Source: Spirochaetales bacterium
GTDB taxonomy: Bacteria; Spirochaetota; Spirochaetia; JABEVK01
Length of the DNA stretch: 34,519 bases
Direction of reading: 5' to 3'
Assembly: GCA_037142615.1 (NCBI GenBank)
Contig: JBAXAI010000038.1
Coordinates: 1-34,519, forward strand
Both the position numbers and the translations under genes were made by a program. The notes below the pieces were generated by a model that saw only the letters and a program-made list of their open reading frames with translations, did not search any database and was not told where the DNA came from. Each line of letters starts with the position of its first letter. Position 1 is the stretch's first letter. Shown here in pieces: positions 6,927 to 16,731 of this stretch.

Positions 6927-9900
6927 ACGCTGCCCCCATAAACTGGTCGCCGTACTGGAACGCCACCCGCCCGATTTCCCTGCCGTCCACGTTGAGCACG
7001 CCAGAGGCGTTCAGGTTGATCGTCTGCCGGGATGACCCGGTGAGTGAGCCAACCTCTCCCAAGCCCGCTGGCGGCCCGATGTACACCCCTGCCGTGCGAG
7101 CCTGCTCGGCAAGGCCAGCTGTGAGCACCATTTCGCGGTTGTGGAGCTTGGCAATCTGGTCGCCGCTGATGTTCAGTGAACCCACGTCGTACGATCCGAA
7201 TGAGGCATTGACGATGTTGGTGGCAGCTTCTGCGCTCACCGTGGCAGACGTGTAGAGCCCTGCCAAACGCGCCTTGAGGCTGTCGAGCTGTGCCCCCGTG
7301 AGCCCGCCCGAAATTGCGGCGGCAAGGTCGGCCCCGATGGCCGAAACCTGCGCAGTGAAACTCTCTGTGAACACCGCCGCCTTGACCACGGCTTTGGTGA
7401 TGTACTCCTGCATGGCGTACATGAAATCATCGCCGCTGAACCCGTTCACCAGATTGTCGACGATCGTGCTGGCAATGTCGCCGCCGAACCCCTTGAGGCT
7501 GTCAAAGAAGCGGAAGATAGCGGGCTTGAGCTGGTCGGTGTAGCTCTTGGCAAGGTCTCCGTTGGCGTCAGTCAGGGCCTTGGTTTCCTTCGCTAGCTTG
7601 GCCTTCGCCTCGGCGGCCTTCATTTCGGCAGTGGTGCCCAGGTTAGCCATGGGAACGTATGTGCTCGCCGTGGCAGTAGGGGAGTCGGTGCTCAACGCCA
7701 TTGGCTTGATCTTGTCTTTGTCGGCAACCCAGAACATGACCCAGTTGATCATGCCGATGATGCCGTTAAGGATGATTGCGAACACATCGCCAACGAAGTC
7801 CCCGATATGTTGGAAAGCTTTGGTGAAGTCCGTTGAAACATCCCAGATTACTTTGCCGAAGGCGTTGAAGATATCAATGAAGAAGTTGGCCACCGGCACC
7901 AGAACGCTGTCATTGAACCAAAGAAAAACGTCACCGATGACCTTGATGATTGGCAGCAGAAACTCTCCCAGCGACTTTCCGATAGTCTCGAGCGTGAGTA
8001 TGAACGGCTCCAGCGCTTCGTTCACAGCCGGGCCGACGACCTCGAACATGGCCCCCAGCGTTGTGGCCAAAGGGTTCATGAGCTTGTTGACGTTTTCGAT
8101 GGCCGCGAAGAGGTTCATGAAGGTGCCAAGCCCTTGGCTGATCATGCTCAGCGGGTCGCCTCCGGCCGCGCCTGAGGCCTTGGCGACTTCGGTACCCTTG
8201 AATGCGTCCTGTGCCGCGCTGCCAGCCATGCCCAGCACGTCACCGGACTTCATGGCCGCCAGCTTGTCGGCTTCAAACTGCTGCGCCCGGGTCAGGCGTT
8301 TCTTGTCTTCCTCTTCCTGCCACTTTGACGCTTCGCCCTGATACTTCGCCCGGATCGCGGCGATGGTCTCTTCACTGGCACCCATCTTCTCGGCCTTCTC
8401 CAGTTAAGCCATTTCCTCTTCGTGTATTCCCTCGAGCTTCCCGGCGAGACTGTCGGTGTGCCACTTGGCGTTGTATTCGGCAAGGGTCTTTTCGGCAGCA
8501 AGGGCCTGATCAGAAAACGCTTTGGCCGCATCGTCGGCTTTCTTGGCCGCTGCCGCATCGTCGGCTGCAGCCTGTTCATTTGCCTTTGTGTTCAGGTCGG
8601 TTAGGTCTTGGACGGCTTTCTCTTCGGCCAAAAAGGCATCGTTCTCGGCCTTGATTCGCGCTGCATTCCTCTTGGCGTCGTATTCGGTCTGAGCCGATTC
8701 CAGAAATGCCAGATTCTGCTTTTCGAGCTCCTTTGCATCAGCGGCCTTCTTCTCGGCAAGTGCTGCAGATTCCTCTTGAGCCTTCTTCGTCGTGGCCATC
8801 GTCGTGAGGTTGAGCGCTGCCCGCTTCTCAGCTATGCCCGTCTCGGCAGCGGCTCTATCCTCCAAGATCTTGGCGTAGGCTTCATTCTCGGCATCGTTTG
8901 CCTTCTTCGTTTCTTCGGCAACCTTCCGCGCTGTTGCCCTGTTGCTCGGGTCGGCCATGACGCGGTTTGCCGCTGTCGTCGCGATGGATGTGAGCTTTGA
9001 TTTATGTTGCGAGTCTAGCTCGCCGCCATTTTTCCTGATCGCTGCAAGTTCCGTGTCGATCGCCCTCTGGCTTGTCTGGTACTTCTTGAGGTCATCGCCA
9101 CTGAGCGAGGCTTCTATTTTGGCGCGTTCCTCACGTGCCGCTTTCGCCTTTTCATCTGCCGTCTTTCTGGCTTCCGCAAGCTCTTTTTCCTTGGTCTTCT
9201 GCTTGTCCAGGTTGGCGATTATTTCGACGATGATTGCCGCCGCAGCTGTCAGTCCCAGTACCCACGGCCCCATGCCGGTCATCGCCGCAGAGAGGGCCGC
9301 TTTCGAGGCCACTCCCATAGCTGTGAACGCGGCAGACAGCGCCCAAACCGCTTTGGTGAGAGCACTCACAATTGCCGCACCGTTGGCAGCGATAAGGAAT
9401 CCTGCGACTCCGATTCCAGCCACCACCACAACGTCACCCAGAGACTGGAGCGCGTTCTTGAGGTTGTCGCTGGTCGTCGCCCACTTCGTGAAGTCCCCCG
9501 CTATGTTTCCGACCGCCGTGACGAACTCCTTCGCGGCAGGCAGGAACACCACGCCGACGGCCGCGCCCGCCTGCTTGAGGTTGTCGGTCATCGTCGAGGT
9601 CAGGCCGGTGAAGGTCTGGCTCGACACATTCATCCCGTTGAAGAAGATCCCGCCCTCGCTGGTCATCCGCTTGAAGGCGTTGGTGAGGTCGTCGCTGGTG
9701 ATCTTGCCCGAAGATGACAGCGCGTACATCTGTTCCACGCTGATTCCCATGGAGTCTGCCAACTGGTTGAAGATCGGAACCCCGGCTTCGCTGATCATGT
9801 TCAACGACTCAAGGTCGACCTTGCCCTTGTTGATGCTCTTCATGTAACCGCGAGTGATGCTGTCGAGCTTCTCAATGTTCCCACCCGCCGTGTCGCCCAG

Positions 9901-10329
9901 CATGCGGAATGTATCCGTCACCTTGCCCACATCGTTCCCGAACGCCGGGAGCAGTTGCTTGGCCACCCCGGCGATTCCCTCCAGTTCGAAGGGAGTCGTC
10001 GCGGCCTCTTTGTTCAGCGCGGCGATCATCGCCTTTGCGTTCGCGGCGCTACCGGTCAGTGGCGTGAAGGCAGCGGTGAAGTCTTCGATCTTGGCGGCGT
10101 TCCCGATGGTCGCATTGCCGATCTTGTTCATGCCGTCGACGATCATCCGCGCGGCTGCAATCGGGCCCTGCATGACGTTCTGAAGTTTCTCGAAAGCCGA
10201 CTTCGAGCGCTCCACGCCCTTCTCGGCGTGAGTGCCCAGGTTGTTCAGAGCATCCCCGATCTTGTTCAGGGTGCGCATGAGTTCGGCGCTGTCGATTTTG
10301 GTGTCAATATGGATCGATCCGTCAGCCAC
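6916..10329 (-). pseudogene. tape measure protein split by an in-frame TAA at 8404-8406
   Basis: GTG 10329 (ADGSIHIDTKID) starts a tape-measure domain (AATTPFEL...LGDTAGG). ORFs 8404..10329 and 6916..8385 are in the same frame, separated only by TAA and 6 sense codons. The distal part ends in a typical TMP C-terminus (VDGREIGR). Confidence 0.85.
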
Positions 10330-10891
10330 CTGCCAGCCCCCTGAGACTTTCAAACAGCCCCGTTATCACGTCCACCTGTTCGCCGCCGATGGCGTAGCGA
10401 TCCTTGAGCCTTTGCAGCGCCGTCCTGTCGGAAGGCTTCATCCACTCTTCAAACTTGCGGCCCCGGATGTCGATCACCTCAGCCAGGTGCGTCCCGTTGG
10501 GAAGTCCCTCGAGCAGCTCGCAAAACACCCACCAGTGCGCCCGTGCCTGGCGCAAATCGATGCGGTACACCTGCCGGAATGCGGCGTACACCCGCCCTGA
10601 ATCGCCCAGCAAGTCAAACAGCCGGGGGCCCGTGGACGCCTCGGTTTCCTCGCCCAGGTTGATGAACCAGGTGAGGTATTGAGCCAGCGGGGAAAGATCC
10701 TCGGGCAGGGTTTCGCCGTAGAACAGCACCAGTGCCATGAGGGTGTTTTCCTGTCGGCTCAGGGTGTCGTCCCTGAGCATCCGCACGTACGAGAACACGT
10801 TGCGGAAGTCGGTCTTGATCGGGTAGAACACGCCACCGGAATACACTCCGGCTGGCAGCTCGTCGATCAAGACGTTAAACTTCGGGGCCAT
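10322..10891 (-). CDS. A118 Gp15-like tail assembly protein
   Basis: Motifs YPIKTDFR, RVYAAFRQVYRIDL, HWWVFCELLEGL and VIDIR. Lies immediately before the tape measure. Confidence 0.8.
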   Translation of the reverse strand: MAPKFNVLIDELPAGVYSGGVFYPIKTDFRNVFSYVRMLRDDTLSRQENTLMALVLFYGETLPEDLSPLAQYLTWFINLGEETEASTGPRLFDLLGDSGRVYAAFRQVYRIDLRQARAHWWVFCELLEGLPNGTHLAEVIDIRGRKFEEWMKPSDRTALQRLKDRYAIGGEQVDVITGLFESLRGLAGG

Positions 10892-11273
10892 CCGGGACCG
10901 CCGGGGTCACCGATGCGACCTTGGCAGCCACGCCAGCGCCCTTGATCTCGCCGGTGATGAACCCGATGAGGTCCACCATCGCCAGCAGGTCGTGCCCAGC
11001 AAGGTCGAAAAGCTCATCCCACTTGCCCGGCAACAGCACTTCGATGACTTGGCGTTCCTTCTCGAGGATGAGGTCAAAAGCCGCCTCGAGGTCTGCCAGC
11101 GAATCCTTGGGCATGGCGTTGTACCTGCCCGAAAGTTCCTCCACCTCACGCGACAGCACCGCGACTTTCTTGACGAAGTCATAGTTGGTGGGCGAGATGT
11201 CAAAGCTGTAATCTTTGCCGCACACGGACAGCGTTATTTCATTCTTGCGCCGGTTGAAATCGAACGAAGCCAT
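10875..11273 (-). CDS. tail assembly chaperone
   Basis: Position between the tail tube gene and the Gp15-like gene; acidic helical 132 aa; GGAGG SD. Confidence 0.65.
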   Translation of the reverse strand: MASFDFNRRKNEITLSVCGKDYSFDISPTNYDFVKKVAVLSREVEELSGRYNAMPKDSLADLEAAFDLILEKERQVIEVLLPGKWDELFDLAGHDLLAMVDLIGFITGEIKGAGVAAKVASVTPAVPDGPEV

Positions 11274-11282
11274 TTTCCCTCC

Positions 11283-11314
11283 AAAGGAAACGCGGGGGCC
11301 TCACAAGCCCCCGC
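11283..11314 (-). terminator. GC hairpin / weak intrinsic terminator after the tail tube gene
   Basis: GCGGGGGCTT-GTGA-GGCCCCCGC followed by GTTTCCTTT on the minus strand. Confidence 0.55.
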
Positions 11315-11320
11315 TCAGAA

Positions 11321-12034
11321 TCAGGTGATGTCGCCGCCGATCATCGTGTGGGCCGCAGCCTTCACGATATGGTTGTAGGCGTCGAGCTCATACAGGTGCC
11401 AGATTTCCCCGACCACTGCCGCGTAGGACGCCGCCGAGGTGTACTCGGTGAACTGCGCCACGTAGGAACGGGCGTTGGGAAGGGTCAACGAAGAGGCCTT
11501 GAACAGCGCCAGGCGGTTCGATGCTCCGGGGGTGGCAGTCACCTTGGTGTTGCCGGTGCCGGTGCCAGCCGCCCACGTTGCGGTAAGCGGAACGGACGAC
11601 CCGAGCGCAGCAGGGGTCAACGTCGGCTTGCCGTTCAGGTGGATCTCGAAACCGAACGAGGCCACGTTGTTCGCGTCGCCGCCCGGGGGCTCGATGTTGG
11701 CAATGGTGCAAGGGCCGGTTACCACAACACCATCGGCTCCGGTAGACCGGAACTGCGTGGTGCGCGCGTCGCCCATGGAGTACAGCTTGCCCAGGATGTA
11801 CTCCTGCGCGGCGTCTCCCGGCTTGCGGTCACCCGAGAAGGTGAAGATGGCCTGGAACCCGGTCACGGTGGAGCTGATGCCGCCGTTGCCGTCCAGATAG
11901 GCCTTCTGGTCGACCTTCTCATTGTTCTTGGCTCCGGCAGACGCCAGGCCATTGCCGAGGCGGACCCAGTTGGCCGTGCCTCCGGGGTTGATGTCCAGCT
12001 CGAAGAGAGACTGGAAATTCAAAGGTGCACTCAT
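11321..12034 (-). CDS. major tail (tube) protein with C-terminal accessory domain
   Basis: WVRLGNGL...YLDGNG...TVTG...FSGDRKPGDAAQEYI...GGDAN...FEIHLNGKP is an A118-type tail tube signature, followed by an extra ~90-aa domain. Confidence 0.85.
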   Translation of the reverse strand: MSAPLNFQSLFELDINPGGTANWVRLGNGLASAGAKNNEKVDQKAYLDGNGGISSTVTGFQAIFTFSGDRKPGDAAQEYILGKLYSMGDARTTQFRSTGADGVVVTGPCTIANIEPPGGDANNVASFGFEIHLNGKPTLTPAALGSSVPLTATWAAGTGTGNTKVTATPGASNRLALFKASSLTLPNARSYVAQFTEYTSAASYAAVVGEIWHLYELDAYNHIVKAAAHTMIGGDIT

Positions 12035-12435
12035 GATGCTACCTCCTTGAAAAATACCAGCCGATACGAGCTGGTTTGGATTGTTACCCCGGACTTGTCT
12101 TGGTCAACGAGTACGGGTCTGGTAACCAAAGCTAAGCGGCCTTCCGACACTCCGAAGAGGTTGGCGAAGGTCTCGATTTCGAGCACTACGGCAATGGCCT
12201 CGAGCTGTGCCCGGGCCTTGTCCATGTCGTGGCTCTTGGCGTAGAAGCTGAAGTTGAACGCTCCCCACCACGAGCCGTCCAGGTAGCGCTTGGTGAGCGC
12301 CGGTGACGGGTCGTGACGCACCATCAATTCCTCGGTGGAGTCGCCTGCAAAGGCGTCGTAAGCCACCGGCGCGTAGAGCGTTGCACGGGCTTGAAGGTAG
12401 GCGTCAATCTGCGGCATGAGGTTGAGGTCAGGCAA
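12031..12435 (-). CDS. tail terminator / neck protein (minor capsid 3-like)
   Basis: KRYLDGS motif; position just before the tail tube gene. Confidence 0.7.
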   Translation of the reverse strand: MPDLNLMPQIDAYLQARATLYAPVAYDAFAGDSTEELMVRHDPSPALTKRYLDGSWWGAFNFSFYAKSHDMDKARAQLEAIAVVLEIETFANLFGVSEGRLALVTRPVLVDQDKSGVTIQTSSYRLVFFKEVAS

Positions 12436-12769
12436 AATAGGCCTCGTTGGCGATGCGTTCCCAATCTCCGGAGAACTGCGCCTTGGCCGATTCGAACCAC
12501 TTCACGCGGGCGTTGATGTTCTTGTCAGTGGCCTTGTTCGGAAGGCCGTAGTACTGTGCCCGGGCGTAGGGCATGTTCCATTCCAGTTCACCTTCACCCA
12601 CCTTGCTGGCAGTGATGGCAGAGGCCTGCAAATAGCCCTCATCCTGCGGGCAGAAGTAGTTGGAATCCTTGATGATTTGCAGGTCAAGCGCGGCCTGCGC
12701 TCCATCGATCAGGAACTGCTTCTGCTGGATCACGTCTTTGACCTTGAACTCGACGGTGACGCTAAGCAC
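12428..12769 (-). CDS. neck/tail completion protein (minor capsid 2-like)
   Basis: DSNYFCPQDEGYLQAS...WNMPYARAQYYG...WFESAK signature. Confidence 0.8.
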   Translation of the reverse strand: MLSVTVEFKVKDVIQQKQFLIDGAQAALDLQIIKDSNYFCPQDEGYLQASAITASKVGEGELEWNMPYARAQYYGLPNKATDKNINARVKWFESAKAQFSGDWERIANEAYFA

Positions 12770-13097
12770 ACTTCACCTCGTAATGGTGCGGCCCGGAGGC
12801 GTCAGCAAAGCAGGCGCGAACCTCTCGGACGGTCAGCGTTACGGCCCCAAACGTGATGCGGTCCTTGACGGCGGGCACAGTGCCCAGCGGCAACGTGTTT
12901 GCGCAATCGATGTACAGTGTGAACAGGTCGTCTTTGGCGTCGCCCAGCGAACTCATCGCGTTCTGCTTCACCGGCTCGAAACGGACGAAGAGGAGGGTTA
13001 GGGCAGGGCCGTAGGTCACAGAATGGCCCGTAGTGCCGGTGTAGCGTTCCAGAGTGGCGGCGTGCACCAGCAGACGGCGCATGATCGGGCTGGCCAT
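12762..13097 (-). CDS. head closure protein (minor capsid 1-like)
   Basis: ATG 13097 (MASPIMRRLLVH...VRFEP...PHHYEV) is coupled to the upstream TAA. Confidence 0.7.
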   Translation of the reverse strand: MASPIMRRLLVHAATLERYTGTTGHSVTYGPALTLLFVRFEPVKQNAMSSLGDAKDDLFTLYIDCANTLPLGTVPAVKDRITFGAVTLTVREVRACFADASGPHHYEVKCA

Positions 13098-13465
13098 TAC
13101 AGCAACCCCACGGCGCGGTAGATGAGCCCCGACTGTTCCAGGTACGCCATGGCACGCGGGCACAGCGATGCCGGACTCTTGCGCTGCTGGTAGCCCACGG
13201 TCTGCTGAAAGGCGCCGATGGAAACCGACCCGGCGCGTTCGGGCTCGTTGAACGTGTCGCCGTTGGACACGTAGAACTCCACCTGTGCGCACGTGGCCTT
13301 TTTCACAAGGGTCAGCTGAGTGGCGTCGAGGTCTGCCAGCACGATCCCGGCGGGGCAGGCGAGCTCCACGTCGTCGGATGCGCGGGCAATCAGGCGCTCA
13401 AGGCCCTGACCGGGATCGGTTCCGAAGTAGGTTTTCAGGTAGTAGGCCGCATCAACGAAGGGCAT
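13097..13465 (-). CDS. head-tail adaptor (SPP1 gp15-like)
   Basis: MPFVDAAYY...LIARASDDV...VKKATCAQVEF...YLEQSGLIYRAV. Confidence 0.8.
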   Translation of the reverse strand: MPFVDAAYYLKTYFGTDPGQGLERLIARASDDVELACPAGIVLADLDATQLTLVKKATCAQVEFYVSNGDTFNEPERAGSVSIGAFQQTVGYQQRKSPASLCPRAMAYLEQSGLIYRAVGLL

Positions 13466-13475
13466 CAGGGGGCTC

Positions 13476-14516
13476 CTAGATGTAAGCGATCAAGACCCGA
13501 ACGTCACCAGCGGCAACAGCCGTTGCGTCGTTATCGGGGGAGAGGTTGGTGATGGCGATCGAGATACCGGTGCCAAAGGTGAGGCCCAATGTCCCGAACT
13601 CGACTTCCTTCGATGTTCCGGCAGGGACGGCGATCACCTTGTAGGGCGTCGAGGTTCCCACCGTCGGTGCGACGGCGAGGTTGTACAGGCGCACGTACTT
13701 TGTCGCGGCGCTGGAGTTCATCACAGAGACGGCGTAGACCTTGCCAGCGGTCGCCTTGATGCTGACGGCGTTGGTCGTGGCAAGCGACAGCACGGAGTAC
13801 ATGGATGTCACCGGGAGGTTGGGCGAAAGGCTCACCACGGCCCCGATGTCGGCAGGGAGCGGCGCGACGGAAGCGGCCTTCATCGTCTGGGCCGATGTGC
13901 CATCCGTGGGGCGAACGTACATGCCACGGGCTGCGGCGTCGCCAGAGGGAGCAACGTTCACCCCGTCCGTCTGGCGCATGAGGTAGATTGCGGGGGTGAA
14001 GTCCTGGCGGGACAGGAAGCTGAAGCACTGGACGCCCGTGGTGGTTCCGGTGATCGCCGTCGAGATGCGGATGCGGATGTACTTCCAAAGGGTGTCGCCC
14101 ACGAAGTAGCGGGGTGTCGATGCTACGATGGTGTACGTGCTGACCGGAGCATTCTGGGGGGCAGCCCGGTCGTAGAGCGAGATCTGAACCCAGTTTGCCC
14201 CGTCGAGCGAGCCTTCAAAGGTGATAGCTCCGGCCGTCACGGTTCCTGCTGCCGGAACGATCTGGAACGTCCCGGATCTATTGTCGTCGATGTCGTATGC
14301 ACCGGCCCCGGCTGTTGCCAGCATGATGTTCTGGTTCAGGGCCAATTGCCCGCCCTGGCCAGTGATGAATACCGGGGAGAACTGCGTGATGCTCGGATCG
14401 TCGGGCCGGAGCCCCACCACCAGAGCCGTATCGCCGACGTTCGGGGGAGACCCCGGAGCCTTTACCTCGGCGAATGCGCTCGAGATTGCGCCGATGATCT
14501 TTTGGGTGATTCCCAT
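13476..14516 (-). CDS. putative head fibre/decoration protein (two beta-sandwich regions)
   Basis: Thr/Ala-rich; GAITFEGSLDGANW...YIRIRIST and IKATAGKVYAV...YVRLYN...FGTGISIAIT motifs typical of virion appendage proteins. Confidence 0.55.
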   Translation of the reverse strand: MGITQKIIGAISSAFAEVKAPGSPPNVGDTALVVGLRPDDPSITQFSPVFITGQGGQLALNQNIMLATAGAGAYDIDDNRSGTFQIVPAAGTVTAGAITFEGSLDGANWVQISLYDRAAPQNAPVSTYTIVASTPRYFVGDTLWKYIRIRISTAITGTTTGVQCFSFLSRQDFTPAIYLMRQTDGVNVAPSGDAAARGMYVRPTDGTSAQTMKAASVAPLPADIGAVVSLSPNLPVTSMYSVLSLATTNAVSIKATAGKVYAVSVMNSSAATKYVRLYNLAVAPTVGTSTPYKVIAVPAGTSKEVEFGTLGLTFGTGISIAITNLSPDNDATAVAAGDVRVLIAYI

Positions 14517-14960
14517 TTAGTACCTCCACCCGACTGTGAGTCGGCCTTCAATCTCTTCCTCAGAAAATCCGTAAACGATGAAACCAACCCCGGGAGTCGG
14601 TACAGAGACCTGCAACGCAACGAGGCTAGAAAGCAACTGGGCTTCGTCGTCGGTGTAGCCATCCAGGCCCCCGAAAACAAACGTGAGCGCGGGAACGTCG
14701 GTGGCAAGTATTTCTGCCTGACCTGAGACGGCAACCAGCGCCGAATGCGAACCGGACCCAAAGTCGAGAATTACGGTTCCGGAGTGCGAAGCAGACCCCG
14801 TGCCTGCCGGTCCCGCTGGACCCGTCTCTCCGGCTGAACCAGTCGGTCCCGCTGGACCTGGAAGCCCCGGCGAACCAGAAACCCCAAGAGTGACGACGAA
14901 AGTCTTTCCGCTGGCAGTTACAGTGACCTGCCTCGGCGGCGTGACGATAACGCTGCTCAT
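14517..14960 (-). CDS. collagen-repeat virion protein
   Basis: About 9 Gly-X-Y triplets (GVSGSPGLPGPAGPTGSAGETGPAGPAG). Confidence 0.7.
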   Translation of the reverse strand: MSSVIVTPPRQVTVTASGKTFVVTLGVSGSPGLPGPAGPTGSAGETGPAGPAGTGSASHSGTVILDFGSGSHSALVAVSGQAEILATDVPALTFVFGGLDGYTDDEAQLLSSLVALQVSVPTPGVGFIVYGFSEEEIEGRLTVGWRY

Positions 14961-15268
14961 TCGATCACCCAGTTACCTTCAAACTCAGGCGCTGGCACCC
15001 CATTGGTCGTGCGGGTCATCGACCAGCGGTTGGTTCCAGGCTGGATAGAGTCAGCGGCATCCAACGACACCACCAGGCGGGTAAATGTCGTGAAAATCAC
15101 CGCAACCGAAAGCAGCGTAACCGTGCCGTCGGTCTCAAGAATCGAAGCGCTGAAAACGTCGCCGGTCAGGTCGCCCTCTGTTGCCGGGTAGTCGATGGTG
15201 AAGGCATAGGCAAACCCTAAGCGGGTGGTGAGATTGATGTTTCCAACCGACTGCTCAAGGTCTGCCAT
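14957..15268 (-). CDS. small beta-rich structural protein (fibre base/adaptor-like)
   Basis: 103-aa all-beta pattern, coupled to the collagen-repeat gene. Confidence 0.5.
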   Translation of the reverse strand: MADLEQSVGNINLTTRLGFAYAFTIDYPATEGDLTGDVFSASILETDGTVTLLSVAVIFTTFTRLVVSLDAADSIQPGTNRWSMTRTTNGVPAPEFEGNWVIE

Positions 15269-15271
15269 GGC

Positions 15272-15490
15272 CTATTCCTTCGCCTCGGGCTCAGCCTTCG
15301 GAGCTTCGGCGGGCTTCTCGGCAGTCTTCGCCTCGGGCTTGCCACCGGGCCGGGAACCGGGCTTGGTGACGGTATACGACTCGTCGCACTCGCCCTCCAG
15401 AACGAAGCCAGCAGCCTCGGCTTCCTTGACCCCGGCGGCGTCCGTGCGGATCACGGACGTGGTGTCTTGCGTCAACTTGTAGAGCGCCAT
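15272..15490 (-). CDS. small hypothetical protein after the major capsid gene
   Basis: GGGAGG SD; 72 aa with a Pro/Ala/Glu/Lys low-complexity tail. Confidence 0.65.
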   Translation of the reverse strand: MALYKLTQDTTSVIRTDAAGVKEAEAAGFVLEGECDESYTVTKPGSRPGGKPEAKTAEKPAEAPKAEPEAKE

Positions 15491-15503
15491 GTTCCCTCCC
15501 AGG

Positions 15504-15535
15504 AAAATGGCCGGGCCTCACGCAGAAGCCCGGCT
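15504..15535 (-). terminator. hairpin / weak terminator after the major capsid gene
   Basis: GCCGGGCTT-CTGCGTG-AGGCCCGGC followed by CATTTT. Confidence 0.55.
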
Positions 15536-15540
15536 CACGA

Positions 15541-16731
15541 TTAAGGCTTGATGTCCCCAGCGATGAGCTGGTAGGTCTTGAACTTGACCACGTGGCCCTG
15601 AGCGTCAAGCTCGTACTGCCCCAGGTAGTTCGTCGCCACAGCGCCCGCGATGTCGGCACCCGAGATGTAGGCGGTCAGCCCGGTCGGGATATCGTTGAAC
15701 AACGGCGCGGTGATGACACCAGCCTGCTTCAGGTAGGCCAGGGTATTGCCGCTTGCGGGAGTGGCGGTGAACTTGGTCGAGCCGGAGGCGGTACCCTGAG
15801 CGATCACGGTGGCGAGCGCAGGAGCGGCAATCGCGGTGTAGCTGACCTTCACGCTGTCGTACGCGCGGTCGAAAATCCACAGGTCATGGAACCGGCGGTA
15901 ACCCAGCACCCAGGCGTCCGCATCGGGGTTCGACTCGGGGGCGAGAATCTTCGGCTTGTCCATCTTGGTGATGGCCAAAGGCGCGGTGCGGGCCATGATG
16001 ATCCAGTTGATTTGCATCCCGACAGCCGAGGCCGAGAAACCGGCGGTGGCATCGAAGGTGTAAGCAGACTTCATGCGGTCGCTGGAAACCTCGATGATGG
16101 GGATACTGTCGATCATCTTCACCTTGGTGTTGATTTCGCCATTGGAGAACGTCTGGTCGACAGTCAGCTGCTTAACCAGCTCGGTGGAGCGGGCCAAGAT
16201 GTCAGACACCGTGAACGGCATCATGATGACCAAGCCCACCGAAGTACCGACCTTGTCGGCAATCGCTACGATGTCGGCCTTGAGCTGGCTGTAGATCGTG
16301 CCCACCACAGGGGTGTAGGCGGCGGTCTTGAGGAACTTGTTGGCACCGGCGAAGATCTTCGAGTACCGGAAGCTGTCCACTTCGGGCACAACCGAATCGG
16401 TCTGGAACTGCTTCATGATGGCACCGGCCTCAATGAGGAAGTTCGCCTCGTTGACGTCGCGGGCGTCGAGCATGAACTTCTGGCCTCGGTCCTGAGTGAG
16501 CTGGAACGTCTCGTAAGAGAGGGTTACAGCACCACCGGCAGGGTAACCGGTAGCCTTGTCATAGGCCCCGAGTCCGGTCACAGACCGCTTGGGGACTTTC
16601 ACGGTGTCGCCACCGTCGTACCGGACTTGACCGGCGTTTCCTTCCATCCAGGCAGTCGTCAGCTCTTGGCGAACCTGTTCGTCAAGGCGCGTCTGAAAAA
16701 GGACGGCGTATTCCAGGGTATTGGTAGCCAT
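15541..16731 (-). CDS. major capsid protein with C-terminal accessory domain
   Basis: True start is probably ATG 16731 (MATNTLEYA; AAAAGG SD). YDGGDTVKVP...LTQDRG..F.LD..DVNE...VVPEVDSFRYSKI...YRRFHDLWI is a temperate siphovirus HK97-fold capsid signature. Confidence 0.9.
   Translation of the reverse strand: MATNTLEYAVLFQTRLDEQVRQELTTAWMEGNAGQVRYDGGDTVKVPKRSVTGLGAYDKATGYPAGGAVTLSYETFQLTQDRGQKFMLDARDVNEANFLIEAGAIMKQFQTDSVVPEVDSFRYSKIFAGANKFLKTAAYTPVVGTIYSQLKADIVAIADKVGTSVGLVIMMPFTVSDILARSTELVKQLTVDQTFSNGEINTKVKMIDSIPIIEVSSDRMKSAYTFDATAGFSASAVGMQINWIIMARTAPLAITKMDKPKILAPESNPDADAWVLGYRRFHDLWIFDRAYDSVKVSYTAIAAPALATVIAQGTASGSTKFTATPASGNTLAYLKQAGVITAPLFNDIPTGLTAYISGADIAGAVATNYLGQYELDAQGHVVKFKTYQLIAGDIKP

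Noticed and set aside
8404-8406. Stop-codon reassignment or suppression by the phage tRNA
   Set aside because: The tRNA anticodon is CAT, not a suppressor, and TAA, TAG and TGA all end other genes normally.
10875-10900. Programmed frameshift joining the tail chaperone to the Gp15-like ORF
   Set aside because: No clear slippery heptamer in the 17-nt overlap, and the downstream ORF has its own ATG.
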